From: a virus
Taxonomy: Duplodnaviria > Caudoviricetes
Direction: 5' to 3' (one strand)
Length of the DNA: 38,851 bases
Virus record (IMG/VR): IMGVR_UViG_3300014208_000079
Location: 1-38,851 of that record
Below, in pieces: positions 1-7,573 of this stretch (the first letter of the stretch is position 1; each line of letters opens with the position of its first letter). The notes beneath the pieces are model-generated. The model was not told the DNA's origin. It did no database searches and worked only from the letters and a program-made list of their open reading frames with translations. Made by a program: the position numbers and the translations under genes.

Positions 1-9
1 GGAATGTCA
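1..9 (+). repeat. Left att site (core truncated by the window edge)
   Basis: GGAATGTCA is identical to 38732-38740; the sequences diverge immediately after it (G vs A). Confidence 0.75.
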
Positions 10-46
10 GAGGTTAAAACTTTCATAAAAAATTTACTTCATTAAA
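10..46. repeat. Imperfect inverted repeat arm, partner of 38681-38711 (putative attP arm)
   Basis: Reverse complement of 10-25 is TGAAAGTTTTAACCTC vs TGAAAGTTTAGCCTC (38697-38711). Reverse complement of 35-46 is TTTAATGAAGTA vs TTTAAAGAAGTA (38681-38692). Confidence 0.7.
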
Positions 47-134
47 ATTCTTCTTCAAAAAAAACCTTATAAAAAGACAAATATTGATTTTAGAGCATAT
101 TATAGCAATAAAATTAATATAAGTCAAAAGGAAG

Positions 135-341
135 GTGATAAATATGATTAAACCACTTGAAAGTAAATGGGATTCTTTTTTAAGAGCAGCGGGTTTATGT
201 GTTATGGGTTTTGTTACAGCATTGGTTGTTTTGGCAATAATTTTCTTGAAGGTTCACTGGACAGGTTTTATGAAATTTGTTACTGATCCTTATTTTTTCG
301 ATCACCTAGAAGTTTCCAGAGATTACCAGTTAAAAAAATAA
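135..341 (+). CDS. Small single-pass membrane protein (true start possibly ATG at 144)
   Basis: Hydrophobic stretch AAGLCVMGFVTALVVLAIIFL; AAGGAAGGTG SD-like sequence upstream. Confidence 0.7.
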   Translation: MINMIKPLESKWDSFLRAAGLCVMGFVTALVVLAIIFLKVHWTGFMKFVTDPYFFDHLEVSRDYQLKK

Positions 342-342
342 T

Positions 343-510
343 ATGGATGAAAATTTTAACAAAATGATGGTAGTTGTAAAAGAATTAGAAAGTCCAGAGT
401 CTGATGAAAGAAAGCACCGTTTATATATTACTAAAGAACTGGTACGACTATTGATTGAGTTAAAAGTTTACAAAGAAGAAACCTATGTTAACGTCAAAAA
501 CGATAACTAA
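343..510 (+). CDS. Hypothetical 55-aa protein (not in ORF track)
   Basis: MDENFNKMMVVVKELES...VNVKNDN* fills the gap between adjacent genes; ATG is 1 nt after the upstream stop. Confidence 0.6.
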   Translation: MDENFNKMMVVVKELESPESDERKHRLYITKELVRLLIELKVYKEETYVNVKNDN

Positions 511-1105
511 GATAATACCGGCATTTTTAGAAGCGCAGAAGAAAATTGAATCCGTAGTAAAAAGCGAGGTCAATTCATATTTTAATAGTAAATATGCCGG
601 TTTAAAAGATGTAGTTGATGCCTGTAAAGATAAGTTAAATAGTGTTGGAATTATTGTTTTGCAACCAATTGTTGGAATGACTGTTGAAACAGTGTTGATT
701 CATGAATCGGGCGAATATTTTAGCTCATCAACACCAATTGTTACAAAGATAACAAAAACAGTCAGAGAAGACATAAAGACAGGAATTAAAACAACGTCTG
801 AAACTGTTTCTGATCCTCAAGCACTAGGATCAGCAATATCTTATGCCAGGAGACAAGGATTGCAGTCAATGGTATTAATTCCGGCTGCTGACGATGATGG
901 AAGTTATAAACCTGTAGTAAATGCTATAAAACCATCAAGTCAATCAAGAGAACATTTTTGTGAAATGCACAAAACCCAGATGAAGGATCGAGGTAATGGA
1001 ATTTGGGATCATAGACACCAGGATGAAAAGACCCAGTTGTGGGAATGGTGCCAGGGACAGGGATATAAGACATCAACGGTTCAGAAATTACCAGTTTCGG
1101 GTTAG
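485..1105 (+). CDS. erf: ERF-family single-strand annealing recombinase
   Basis: Motifs NSYFNSKYAGL, ETVLIHESGEY, PQALGSAISYARRQGL and DDDG typical of ERF; small C-terminal Cys/His domain. Confidence 0.9.
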   Translation: MLTSKTITKIIPAFLEAQKKIESVVKSEVNSYFNSKYAGLKDVVDACKDKLNSVGIIVLQPIVGMTVETVLIHESGEYFSSSTPIVTKITKTVREDIKTGIKTTSETVSDPQALGSAISYARRQGLQSMVLIPAADDDGSYKPVVNAIKPSSQSREHFCEMHKTQMKDRGNGIWDHRHQDEKTQLWEWCQGQGYKTSTVQKLPVSG

Positions 1106-1109
1106 TGCG

Positions 1110-1193
1110 ATCTTACCCCTTAAATTTATTAAGGGGAGATTTCAGCTCTTAGTAATTGTTTGCTCGTAACAAAACGACGGAGGGCTGAAATCT
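1110..1193 (+). promoter_or_regulatory. Two overlapping hairpins; the second sequesters the RBS of the replication gene
   Basis: CCCCTTAA/TTAAGGGG stem; AGATTTCAGCTCT (1137-1149) pairs with AGGGCTGAAATCT (1181-1193), covering part of GGAGG and ending 1 nt before ATG 1195. Confidence 0.6.
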
Positions 1194-1194
1194 T

Positions 1195-2250
1195 ATGAAA
1201 ACCAGAGGCGTTTACCCACAATTATGGTTGGATACAAAATTTTCCGGTTGTTCTTTGGAAACAAAGCTTTTGTTCAACTACTTAATAACCTGCATGACTT
1301 TGGGACTCTCTCGTTATCATCATATCAATGACAGGCAAATATTATTTGATACAGGGCTAGATGTTAACCAGTTAGAAAGGGGTAAGAAAGAGCTTACTGA
1401 TATTAAATGGTGTTTTTTCTATGAAGACTGGGTTTATCACAATCACAATAGCGCCTACGTTGACTATAAAGGAAGAGATTTAGTAATGCTTGCAAAAGAT
1501 AAAGAATTAAATAGTATTTCTCCTAAAATACAAGATTATTTTCAAGGGGTTGTTAAGGGGTTAGAAACCCCATATAACCATAACTATAACCATAACCAAT
1601 ACCATAACAATAACCATAGCAACAATACAGAAAAAATAAATATTAATGGTAATGAGGATCTCAAAAGATTACAGGATTTTAAATCAAAAGCATTTAAAAA
1701 TATAGGGAAACCAGTTTTATCGATTCTATTAGCCTTATTTCTTTTTACAAAACCGGTCGCAGCTTACACAATCAAGCTCAAATATCATATCAATTCGCCT
1801 AAATCGACCATCAGAAGTCACAAGTTTTCTTCTCCCACACCAACACCTTTACCGGATGGAACAAGGGAAAAACCGGCCCCTGATGGTTTAGAAAATAAAA
1901 ATTTAATAATTCTTTCAAGAGATGAAGCGGAAGGCTATGCTAGAAAACTTGCCCGCCAATACAAAATCAACGAAGAAGCCGTTGTTTGTACTTTTATACA
2001 AGAATCCGGCTTTTTATCACGTCGTCCAGATGGATCATTAAAATGTGGCGACGGTGGAGCTTCATGTGGAACCGGTCAAATTCAACTTCCAACATGGAAA
2101 TCAATGAGAAAACACGCTGGATGGACAACTGAAGATTTGAGAGGTAATGACGTTGAAAATATAAAAACTACAGTCTATGGGTTAGCAACGCTTTGGAAAT
2201 ACCATTGGACCGGTTATAGAACTTGTGAATCAATGGGATTAAAAATATGA
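1195..2250 (+). CDS. Phage replication initiator-like N-terminus fused to a TM/signal segment and a lytic transglycosylase-like domain
   Basis: N-terminus YPQLWLDTKF..ETKLLFNYLIT resembles phage replisome organizers; repeat linker; KPVLSILLALFLFTKPVAA; C-terminal IQESGF and CGTGQIQLPTW lysozyme-fold motifs. Confidence 0.65.
   Translation: MKTRGVYPQLWLDTKFSGCSLETKLLFNYLITCMTLGLSRYHHINDRQILFDTGLDVNQLERGKKELTDIKWCFFYEDWVYHNHNSAYVDYKGRDLVMLAKDKELNSISPKIQDYFQGVVKGLETPYNHNYNHNQYHNNNHSNNTEKININGNEDLKRLQDFKSKAFKNIGKPVLSILLALFLFTKPVAAYTIKLKYHINSPKSTIRSHKFSSPTPTPLPDGTREKPAPDGLENKNLIILSRDEAEGYARKLARQYKINEEAVVCTFIQESGFLSRRPDGSLKCGDGGASCGTGQIQLPTWKSMRKHAGWTTEDLRGNDVENIKTTVYGLATLWKYHWTGYRTCESMGLKI
1542..1620 (+). 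repeat. Iteron-like AAGGGGTT repeats and a 6-nt CATAAC-type tandem repeat inside the rep gene (possible origin)
   Basis: TCAAGGGGTTGTTAAGGGGTTAGAAACCCC followed by TATAAC CATAAC TATAAC CATAAC CAATAC CATAAC AATAAC CATAGC. Lambdoid origins lie in this linker position. Confidence 0.5.
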
Positions 2251-2612
2251 GTGATTTTGTATTTGAAACACAACACACAATTCATATCAAAATAACAGAT
2301 AAGCCTCACGCTGACGGCCGTTTTTATATCCGTCTTCTCTATCTTGAGAAGGCTAAAAAATATAACAAGAAAATTATTGTTGAATACCAGGGACAAAAAT
2401 ATATTTGCAGTTATAAAGAATGGATGAAAGATTCTAAAAAAATGGAGAAAGTATTTTTAATTCCTGAACACCCAATGATTCTTTACGGAAATTATATCCG
2501 ACGGTTTATTCCTAAAAAACCGGAGGTCCATATTGAAGGGATGATGAATATTGCAGCTAATATGCCGGAGAAATATTTTTTGCAAGCAAAGGCAAAATTA
2601 GGACTTTTATGA
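2247..2612 (+). CDS. Hypothetical protein
   Basis: 121-aa ORF with an ATGA overlap with the upstream stop. Confidence 0.75.
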   Translation: MSDFVFETQHTIHIKITDKPHADGRFYIRLLYLEKAKKYNKKIIVEYQGQKYICSYKEWMKDSKKMEKVFLIPEHPMILYGNYIRRFIPKKPEVHIEGMMNIAANMPEKYFLQAKAKLGLL

Positions 2613-2651
2613 ATTTTCTAACCAATACATTTCAATGGTTACAAATTAAAT

Positions 2652-3038
2652 ATGAAAATAACGCAGTCAAAGGTCGAAAAAGGCCGGTCACTGGAATTGG
2701 ATATAGCGAAAGACCTAAGAGATCACAAACTCGATCCTTGGGCAAAAAGAATGCCAAGATCAGGGGCCATAGAAGGTTTACGGAGTGACATTTATACAGA
2801 ATTACCAATTAGGATAGAATGCAAGCGGCAAGAAAAATGGAAACCGGAAGAATATTATCAGCAAGCGGTCGACTCAGCAAGACCGACAGAAATACCCGTT
2901 GTGGTAATGATGAAGAACGAAGGGGTTCCAATGACTTTGTTAAGTTGGAATGATTTTTTAGGGTTTATGGAATGGGCTAAGTTAGGAGGATGGTTAGGAG
3001 AATTAAAATTTAGTAAGAGAAGGCAGGTTAGAAATTAA
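2652..3038 (+). CDS. PD-(D/E)XK Holliday junction resolvase (Hjc-like)
   Basis: KG..LE..IAK, RMPRSGA, SDI and IECKRQE nuclease motifs. Confidence 0.85.
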   Translation: MKITQSKVEKGRSLELDIAKDLRDHKLDPWAKRMPRSGAIEGLRSDIYTELPIRIECKRQEKWKPEEYYQQAVDSARPTEIPVVVMMKNEGVPMTLLSWNDFLGFMEWAKLGGWLGELKFSKRRQVRN

Positions 3039-3058
3039 AAGTTTATTTTATAAATAAT

Positions 3059-3337
3059 ATGAACCTAATAGAAAAGTTAGTTTTTCAATTTGAAAAGAAA
3101 TTTTTTAATTATAAAACAGGCGGATATTATGGAAATATACAACTTTTTCTTAAGACCGAGATTAAAAAGCTAATTGTGGAGGCTGAAAAAAGAAAGAGAA
3201 AAGAAGAAAGGGATAGAATAGTTGAAGGTATAAAAGATTTACAGACAGAAGTATCAGACCCAGATAGTCTTTATATAAATAAAATGGGATTAATAGAAAT
3301 ATTAGACGAATTGATTGATATGAAAATTGGAAATTAA
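3059..3337 (+). CDS. Hypothetical protein
   Basis: 92-aa ORF co-oriented in the early operon. Confidence 0.65.
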   Translation: MNLIEKLVFQFEKKFFNYKTGGYYGNIQLFLKTEIKKLIVEAEKRKRKEERDRIVEGIKDLQTEVSDPDSLYINKMGLIEILDELIDMKIGN

Positions 3338-3361
3338 AAGTTAAGAAAAGATTAAATTGAT

Positions 3362-3535
3362 ATGGAAGAAACATTTGAAGATTTTTTACAGGAAAAACAC
3401 GCTGACCAGTACGTTGGAACGGATGATATGATGCCTGATGATTTTGAAGATTGGATAATGGATTTAAGTGCTGATGATTTTATTGATTTTGCTAATGAAT
3501 GGGGCAAAAAAATCACAAAAAATAAAATATGTTAA
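3362..3535 (+). CDS. Small highly acidic protein, 57 aa (not in ORF track)
   Basis: MEETFEDFLQEKHADQYVGTDDMMPDDFEDWIMDLSADDFIDFANEWGKKITKNKIC*; 17 Asp/Glu in the first 46 residues. Confidence 0.75.
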   Translation: MEETFEDFLQEKHADQYVGTDDMMPDDFEDWIMDLSADDFIDFANEWGKKITKNKIC

Positions 3536-3768
3536 TTAAACCGCCGTTTAAACATTATCTAGGAGCTAAACATTGTTTATTTTGTCAAAAATATATTCAT
3601 CCAGGTGATCCACAATATACTAAAAAAATATATTGTGATGGAATTTGCCGGAATATTGCAGAAACGATAAGAAAACTTGGTAAATTACTTGAAATAAAAG
3701 GATTTAATGATAAGAAAACTCAATTAAACAATATATTTTTAATAAATAACACTGTTATATCGAGTTGA
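3529..3768 (+). CDS. Small Zn-finger protein
   Basis: CLFC...YCDGICR cysteine pattern. Confidence 0.7.
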   Translation: MLIKPPFKHYLGAKHCLFCQKYIHPGDPQYTKKIYCDGICRNIAETIRKLGKLLEIKGFNDKKTQLNNIFLINNTVISS

Positions 3769-3773
3769 ATTCG

Positions 3774-3807
3774 ATATTATATATTAATTATAATTAATAT
3801 ATAATAT
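3774..3807. repeat. Perfect 34-bp all-AT palindrome
   Basis: ATATTATATATTAATTA|TAATTAATATATAATAT with no loop, at the junction of convergent operons. Confidence 0.9.
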
Positions 3808-3930
3808 TTGACTATTGACAAACAAAGTTAAACAAAGTAGCATAAAGTAATGATGATTGCAATTCTCTTTAGGTTATGATAAAATACAGCCTTACGAAGC
3901 TCTTTTATAGACAAAAACAGCATTAAGCTG

Positions 3931-4002
3931 TGGACCTGACGGGAGTTGAACCCGCACTGGCAGATTTGGAGTCGGCAGTGCTACCATTAACACCACAGGC
4001 CC
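3931..4002 (-). tRNA. trnW: tRNA-Trp (CCA), copy 1; no encoded 3' CCA
   Basis: GGGCCTG/CAGGTCC acceptor stem; D arm GTGT/GCAC; anticodon arm GCCGA CTCCAAA TCTGC (one C-U mismatch); T arm GCGGG TTCAACT CCCGT; discriminator A. Confidence 0.9.
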
Positions 4003-4026
4003 ATAGCCTAACATTGTTTCTACTCT

Positions 4027-4058
4027 AAAAAAATAACCCTAATTTTCTTAGGGCTTAT
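4027..4058 (-). terminator. Intrinsic terminator in the leader upstream of tRNA-Trp copy 1
   Basis: GCCCTAA GAAAA TTAGGGT followed by TATTTTTTT; alternative GGCTTA/TAAGCC pairing overlaps its 5' arm. Confidence 0.65.
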
Positions 4059-4101
4059 CCTAAGCCTATACCACTACCCGTGCGTTTTCAAGAGGTCATA
4101 A

Positions 4102-4130
4102 AGTATCAAACTGTATCATTTTTTAAGCAA
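4102..4130 (-). promoter_or_regulatory. Putative promoter for tRNA-Trp copy 1 with two TGATAC boxes
   Basis: TTGCTT-17nt-GATACT; TGATAC at 4113-4118 and 4103-4108. Confidence 0.45.
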
Positions 4131-4156
4131 AAAAATAGACCCTTTTTATAGGGCCT
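4129..4156 (-). terminator. Terminator at the end of the lysis/late operon
   Basis: GGCCCT ATAAAA AGGGTC followed by a T tract. Confidence 0.65.
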
Positions 4157-4212
4157 TACACAATGCTCTAAAAGTCAATTATCAGACAAAATAGTTCATT
4201 GCTAATCTTTTT

Positions 4213-4515
4213 TTATTTCCTATCTTTCAAAAAAGCTTTCAGAATAGCTAAATAATTAATACTATCCGCTATTGTATCTTCAATCTTCTCATCTAAAACC
4301 GCACTAGGTTTATGCAAAAGATTACCTATTCTAGCCATTTTATCGAGAATTCTAACCATTATTGCGTCCTCAACTGGAATATCAATAAGTTGTGAAAACC
4401 GGAAGTTCCGGAATGGGTCATCTCCCTTAGCATAGTCGGCATTCTTCTTTTTAACTATTTCTATACAATTTTTATAAGTTGTCTCTAAATAGATTAAAAA
4501 TTCATCTCTTGTCAT
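4213..4515 (-). CDS. DUF1599-like (nucleotide modification-associated domain) protein
   Basis: KKKNADYA..DPFRNF, VRILDKMARI and DTIADSINYL motifs. Confidence 0.75.
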   Translation of the reverse strand: MTRDEFLIYLETTYKNCIEIVKKKNADYAKGDDPFRNFRFSQLIDIPVEDAIMVRILDKMARIGNLLHKPSAVLDEKIEDTIADSINYLAILKAFLKDRK

Positions 4516-5278
4516 ATTTTTTCTTTGAATATAGTTTGCCGTTTACAACAAACGAATTATTAAAAATAGGAACTAATTGAGCATAAACTTGTTTTTTATT
4601 TTGATAGGCAATAGCAAATCCATGTTGCCAGTCAGGACGTCTTGCATAGTGTGGTTCCGGTTCTAAATTACACAAACAGCCCATCTCTATCCAAAAATAT
4701 GTTTTACCGGCCCTAGAGCGTGAGTAATAAGCAAGTCTGTGGGTGTGACCACTAATTCCCGATTCTCCTCTTGATTCAAACATTCCCTTAGCAGTATAAC
4801 CGGCGTGTTTTCGGACCAGATCGCCGTGTTCAACTATTACGTCGCCTATTTTGAATTCTCTTTGATAAGGAACAGTTTTAATACCTAATTCTTTCGTATT
4901 AAATATCTTTTCTATCGAAATTAAATACTCCCCATCAACCTTTAGTTCTGCAACGGGAGAAGCGTGACTGGCTAAATATTTTTCCAATCTAAATTCATGG
5001 TTTCCTTTTATCCAGACTATTTGTGCTATAGGATTAGATTGCTTAACAACCTTTACGACCTTATTAATTATTCTACAGGCTGTTTCTATTTCATTAATCA
5101 AACTAACATTATAATGAGGAACTGGATCATATTTTGCGACACCAGTAAAATTGAGAAGATCACCATTAAGGATAACTAATTCCGGTCTAAAATCCGGTAT
5201 AAATTGAAGAACTAAATCGAGACATTCTTGACTATGGTCAGGAATTTGAAGATCAGATAAAAATAGTATTTTTTTCAT
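4502..5278 (-). CDS. Calcineurin-like metallophosphoesterase
   Basis: SDLQ, GDLLN, GNHE, HG and GHTHR motifs (Q and N replace the usual H and D). Confidence 0.9.
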   Translation of the reverse strand: MKKILFLSDLQIPDHSQECLDLVLQFIPDFRPELVILNGDLLNFTGVAKYDPVPHYNVSLINEIETACRIINKVVKVVKQSNPIAQIVWIKGNHEFRLEKYLASHASPVAELKVDGEYLISIEKIFNTKELGIKTVPYQREFKIGDVIVEHGDLVRKHAGYTAKGMFESRGESGISGHTHRLAYYSRSRAGKTYFWIEMGCLCNLEPEPHYARRPDWQHGFAIAYQNKKQVYAQLVPIFNNSFVVNGKLYSKKKYDKR

Positions 5279-5403
5279 TTAGATTTTATACGAACCCATT
5301 TAAAAAAATCAACAACACCACCTCTCCCTAAGGCTTTTTCAGCTTGGGATTTTTCTTTTAAATATTCTCTAACGGCTTTTTTAACTTCCGTCCACTTGAT
5401 CAT
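5275..5403 (-). CDS. Hypothetical 42-aa basic protein (not in ORF track)
   Basis: MIKWTEVKKAVREYL...VRIKSK*; ATGA overlap with the phosphoesterase start. Confidence 0.55.
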   Translation of the reverse strand: MIKWTEVKKAVREYLKEKSQAEKALGRGGVVDFFKWVRIKSK

Positions 5404-5416
5404 ATTTGATATATTC

Positions 5417-5659
5417 TTAATTTCCTCCAACTTTTTCACCAACTCTATATAATCCGCTTGATGCTAGTGCAACCACTATTCCTGATTCAACAGTAAGACC
5501 AAACATATGAGCAAATCCAAATCCAACTCCTAGAATGAGTGAGATAAGAAAAAGAGCAAACCCCCAATAGTTTTTAGGAGTTACATCATTTCCTTCCTTA
5601 AAAAGACGCACTCCATTCACAACCCCGATTATGACTGCAATCGCTTGTAAATTATCCAT
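5417..5659 (-). CDS. Putative holin
   Basis: 80 aa with 2-3 hydrophobic helices and the GxVVALASSGLY motif; lies in the lysis region. Confidence 0.75.
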   Translation of the reverse strand: MDNLQAIAVIIGVVNGVRLFKEGNDVTPKNYWGFALFLISLILGVGFGFAHMFGLTVESGIVVALASSGLYRVGEKVGGN

Positions 5660-5674
5660 ATAAATAAATTAAAT

Positions 5675-6076
5675 TTATAATTTCCTGGGTATTCTCTCTT
5701 CAATAATTGTTGAGAGCCTTACTAAACCCTTTTCAAGATTACTCATTCTTACTGCTATATTGTCAACTTTTGTGTCAACTGTGTGGATATGATTTTGCGC
5801 CAAAGCCATTGAATCTTTAAGCAGAACGGCAAGATCTATAAATTTCTTTTCATTAGCTTCGTTGGTTAATCTTACCTGCTGATCTAGAAGTGAAGCTTTA
5901 TTTTCCGCTTCTTTTTGAGCTAAGACTGTAGCTTTGTTTTTGTCTTTTTCTTCACTCACAGCCTGTTTTGTTTCAATTTCTTCTTGTGGTTTCCTGAAGA
6001 TATTATAAACGGTAAAAATAGTACCGACTATACCTGCAAATAACATTATATTTGAGAGTGTTAATTGTATTTCCAT
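5675..6076 (-). CDS. N-terminally anchored coiled-coil membrane protein (lysis module)
   Basis: TM segment IMLFAGIVGTIFTVYNIF followed by a coiled coil. Confidence 0.65.
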   Translation of the reverse strand: MEIQLTLSNIMLFAGIVGTIFTVYNIFRKPQEEIETKQAVSEEKDKNKATVLAQKEAENKASLLDQQVRLTNEANEKKFIDLAVLLKDSMALAQNHIHTVDTKVDNIAVRMSNLEKGLVRLSTIIEERIPRKL

Positions 6077-6077
6077 A

Positions 6078-6296
6078 TTAAAATAATTTCAAAGCTAATT
6101 TAAGTTTTTCTAATTTTGATTTACCTCTGCCTATTTCTTCAAGTTTTGTATGTGTTAATTCTTCCCAAATTTCTTTTCTTAATTTTTTACTAAGTTCTTC
6201 TAAAAGTTTTTTGACAACCTTACTGGCAAGCTTATCAGTTTCTATTCTCTTGATTGCCAACCATAACCTTTCTTTTTGTAATCTAGTTTGAGCCAT
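6078..6296 (-). CDS. Hypothetical basic protein
   Basis: 72-aa ORF in tight operon spacing. Confidence 0.55.
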   Translation of the reverse strand: MAQTRLQKERLWLAIKRIETDKLASKVVKKLLEELSKKLRKEIWEELTHTKLEEIGRGKSKLEKLKLALKLF

Positions 6297-6363
6297 AGCA
6301 CTTGTTATATTAAACTGCTAATCAATGTCTATATTAAGGCTAAAGCCTTAATACTTCCTAATT

Positions 6364-7074
6364 TCATAGACTTCCTGTATCACTAATTTTTTTAACTTTT
6401 ATCATAGTATTTTCATAAGCAGATTTTTTATCGGCTTGAGAATTTAAGACGGCGGTTTCTGATTGTAATCTATCTATTGATATTTTAAGTTGACTAAACT
6501 TAGCTATATAAGGATCAACTGGTGGTTGATAAGTTTTAAATTTTTCAACTAAGGTATAAAGAGGAAGCCAATTTTTTATAACCATTTCTTTGCTCCATCC
6601 TATTGGGTAATATCTCCAAGGCTTATCTTTTAAGTCAAGGTCGCCTCTGTATAGTTCTGTGTGAAGATGAGCATAGGTAACTCCTGATTTTCCCACCTTA
6701 CCTATCATCATTCCCGAAGTAACCTTATTTCCAACATAAACATTTCTTTCAAGAAGATGAGCATAAAGGGAGTAAAGTTCTGGTACGTCCATTCCAAAAT
6801 TATCTTTGATAAATTTTCTAGTTTCTGCGTCAAGAGTATGCTTTATAACAATCATTTTTCCATAAAGAACAGTGTCATCTCCTGAATAAACTACAACGCC
6901 ATCAGTAATTGCATAAACTGGTTTGCCTAAATCATCATTTCCAGCAATTCCCCAGTTATAATCATCGCCTGGATGGTAAGAATTAGCTGAAGAGTCAAAA
7001 TCAAGCCAAGTAAATCCTGCCCAACCGTATGGGTATTTTCCTGAAAATTCTGTTGGATGAACAAATTTAAGCAT
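6364..7074 (-). CDS. M23-family zinc peptidase (putative endolysin)
   Basis: HPGDD (HxxxD), PVYAITDGVV, SLYAHL and AHLHTE (HxH) motifs. Confidence 0.9.
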   Translation of the reverse strand: MLKFVHPTEFSGKYPYGWAGFTWLDFDSSANSYHPGDDYNWGIAGNDDLGKPVYAITDGVVVYSGDDTVLYGKMIVIKHTLDAETRKFIKDNFGMDVPELYSLYAHLLERNVYVGNKVTSGMMIGKVGKSGVTYAHLHTELYRGDLDLKDKPWRYYPIGWSKEMVIKNWLPLYTLVEKFKTYQPPVDPYIAKFSQLKISIDRLQSETAVLNSQADKKSAYENTMIKVKKISDTGSL

Positions 7075-7077
7075 AAT

Positions 7078-7572
7078 TTAAAAAAATAGGAGAAAATTTC
7101 CTTTGTTTTGTATAACAACAGTTCCATCCATTGTTAGTAATCCTATTCCTACATAGGATGCGTCATTTGACGCTGTGATATTAACCCTATAATACTGATA
7201 TTCGGTAGTGTTAGAAAAACTATAAGAATGAGATTGTGGGGCCACTGAAGCCCAGTCGGTTATGTTAGTACGAGTATCAAGTGTAGTCCAGTTTGTTCCA
7301 TCATTCGATCCTTGAAATTGCCATGATTTTGGTGCTCTTGGCGAACCGTTTTCGTTTCTAGTAGTTATTACATATGAAGTAACAATAGCTTTTTTACTGT
7401 CGGGAAACTGATATCCTAATGAACCAGTAACAGAGGCGATGGCCCATCCAACATTAATTTCATTATCTCCATCAAAAGGACTATGTTCCGGAAATCCAAT
7501 ATCAGTTCCAGTAAAAAATACTGTCCCTTCGGGAGCTGTATTTGAAGTCATTACTGGAATTATTGTTGCCAT
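7078..7572 (-). CDS. Discoidin/F5/8 type C carbohydrate-binding protein (putative receptor-binding protein)
   Basis: IIPVMTSNTAP, PFDG, PKSWQFQGSNDGTNWTTLD and YQYYRVNIT motifs. Confidence 0.8.
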   Translation of the reverse strand: MATIIPVMTSNTAPEGTVFFTGTDIGFPEHSPFDGDNEINVGWAIASVTGSLGYQFPDSKKAIVTSYVITTRNENGSPRAPKSWQFQGSNDGTNWTTLDTRTNITDWASVAPQSHSYSFSNTTEYQYYRVNITASNDASYVGIGLLTMDGTVVIQNKGNFLLFF

Positions 7573-7573
7573 A

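Noticed and set aside
3774-3807. Palindrome as a protelomerase telRL site
   Set aside because: No protelomerase-like gene; the only tyrosine recombinase is a standard-sized integrase beside the att site.
3931-4002. tRNA-Trp copy 1 as the integration site
   Set aside because: No duplicated tRNA 3' fragment, phage genes continue on both sides, and att evidence points to ftsZ.
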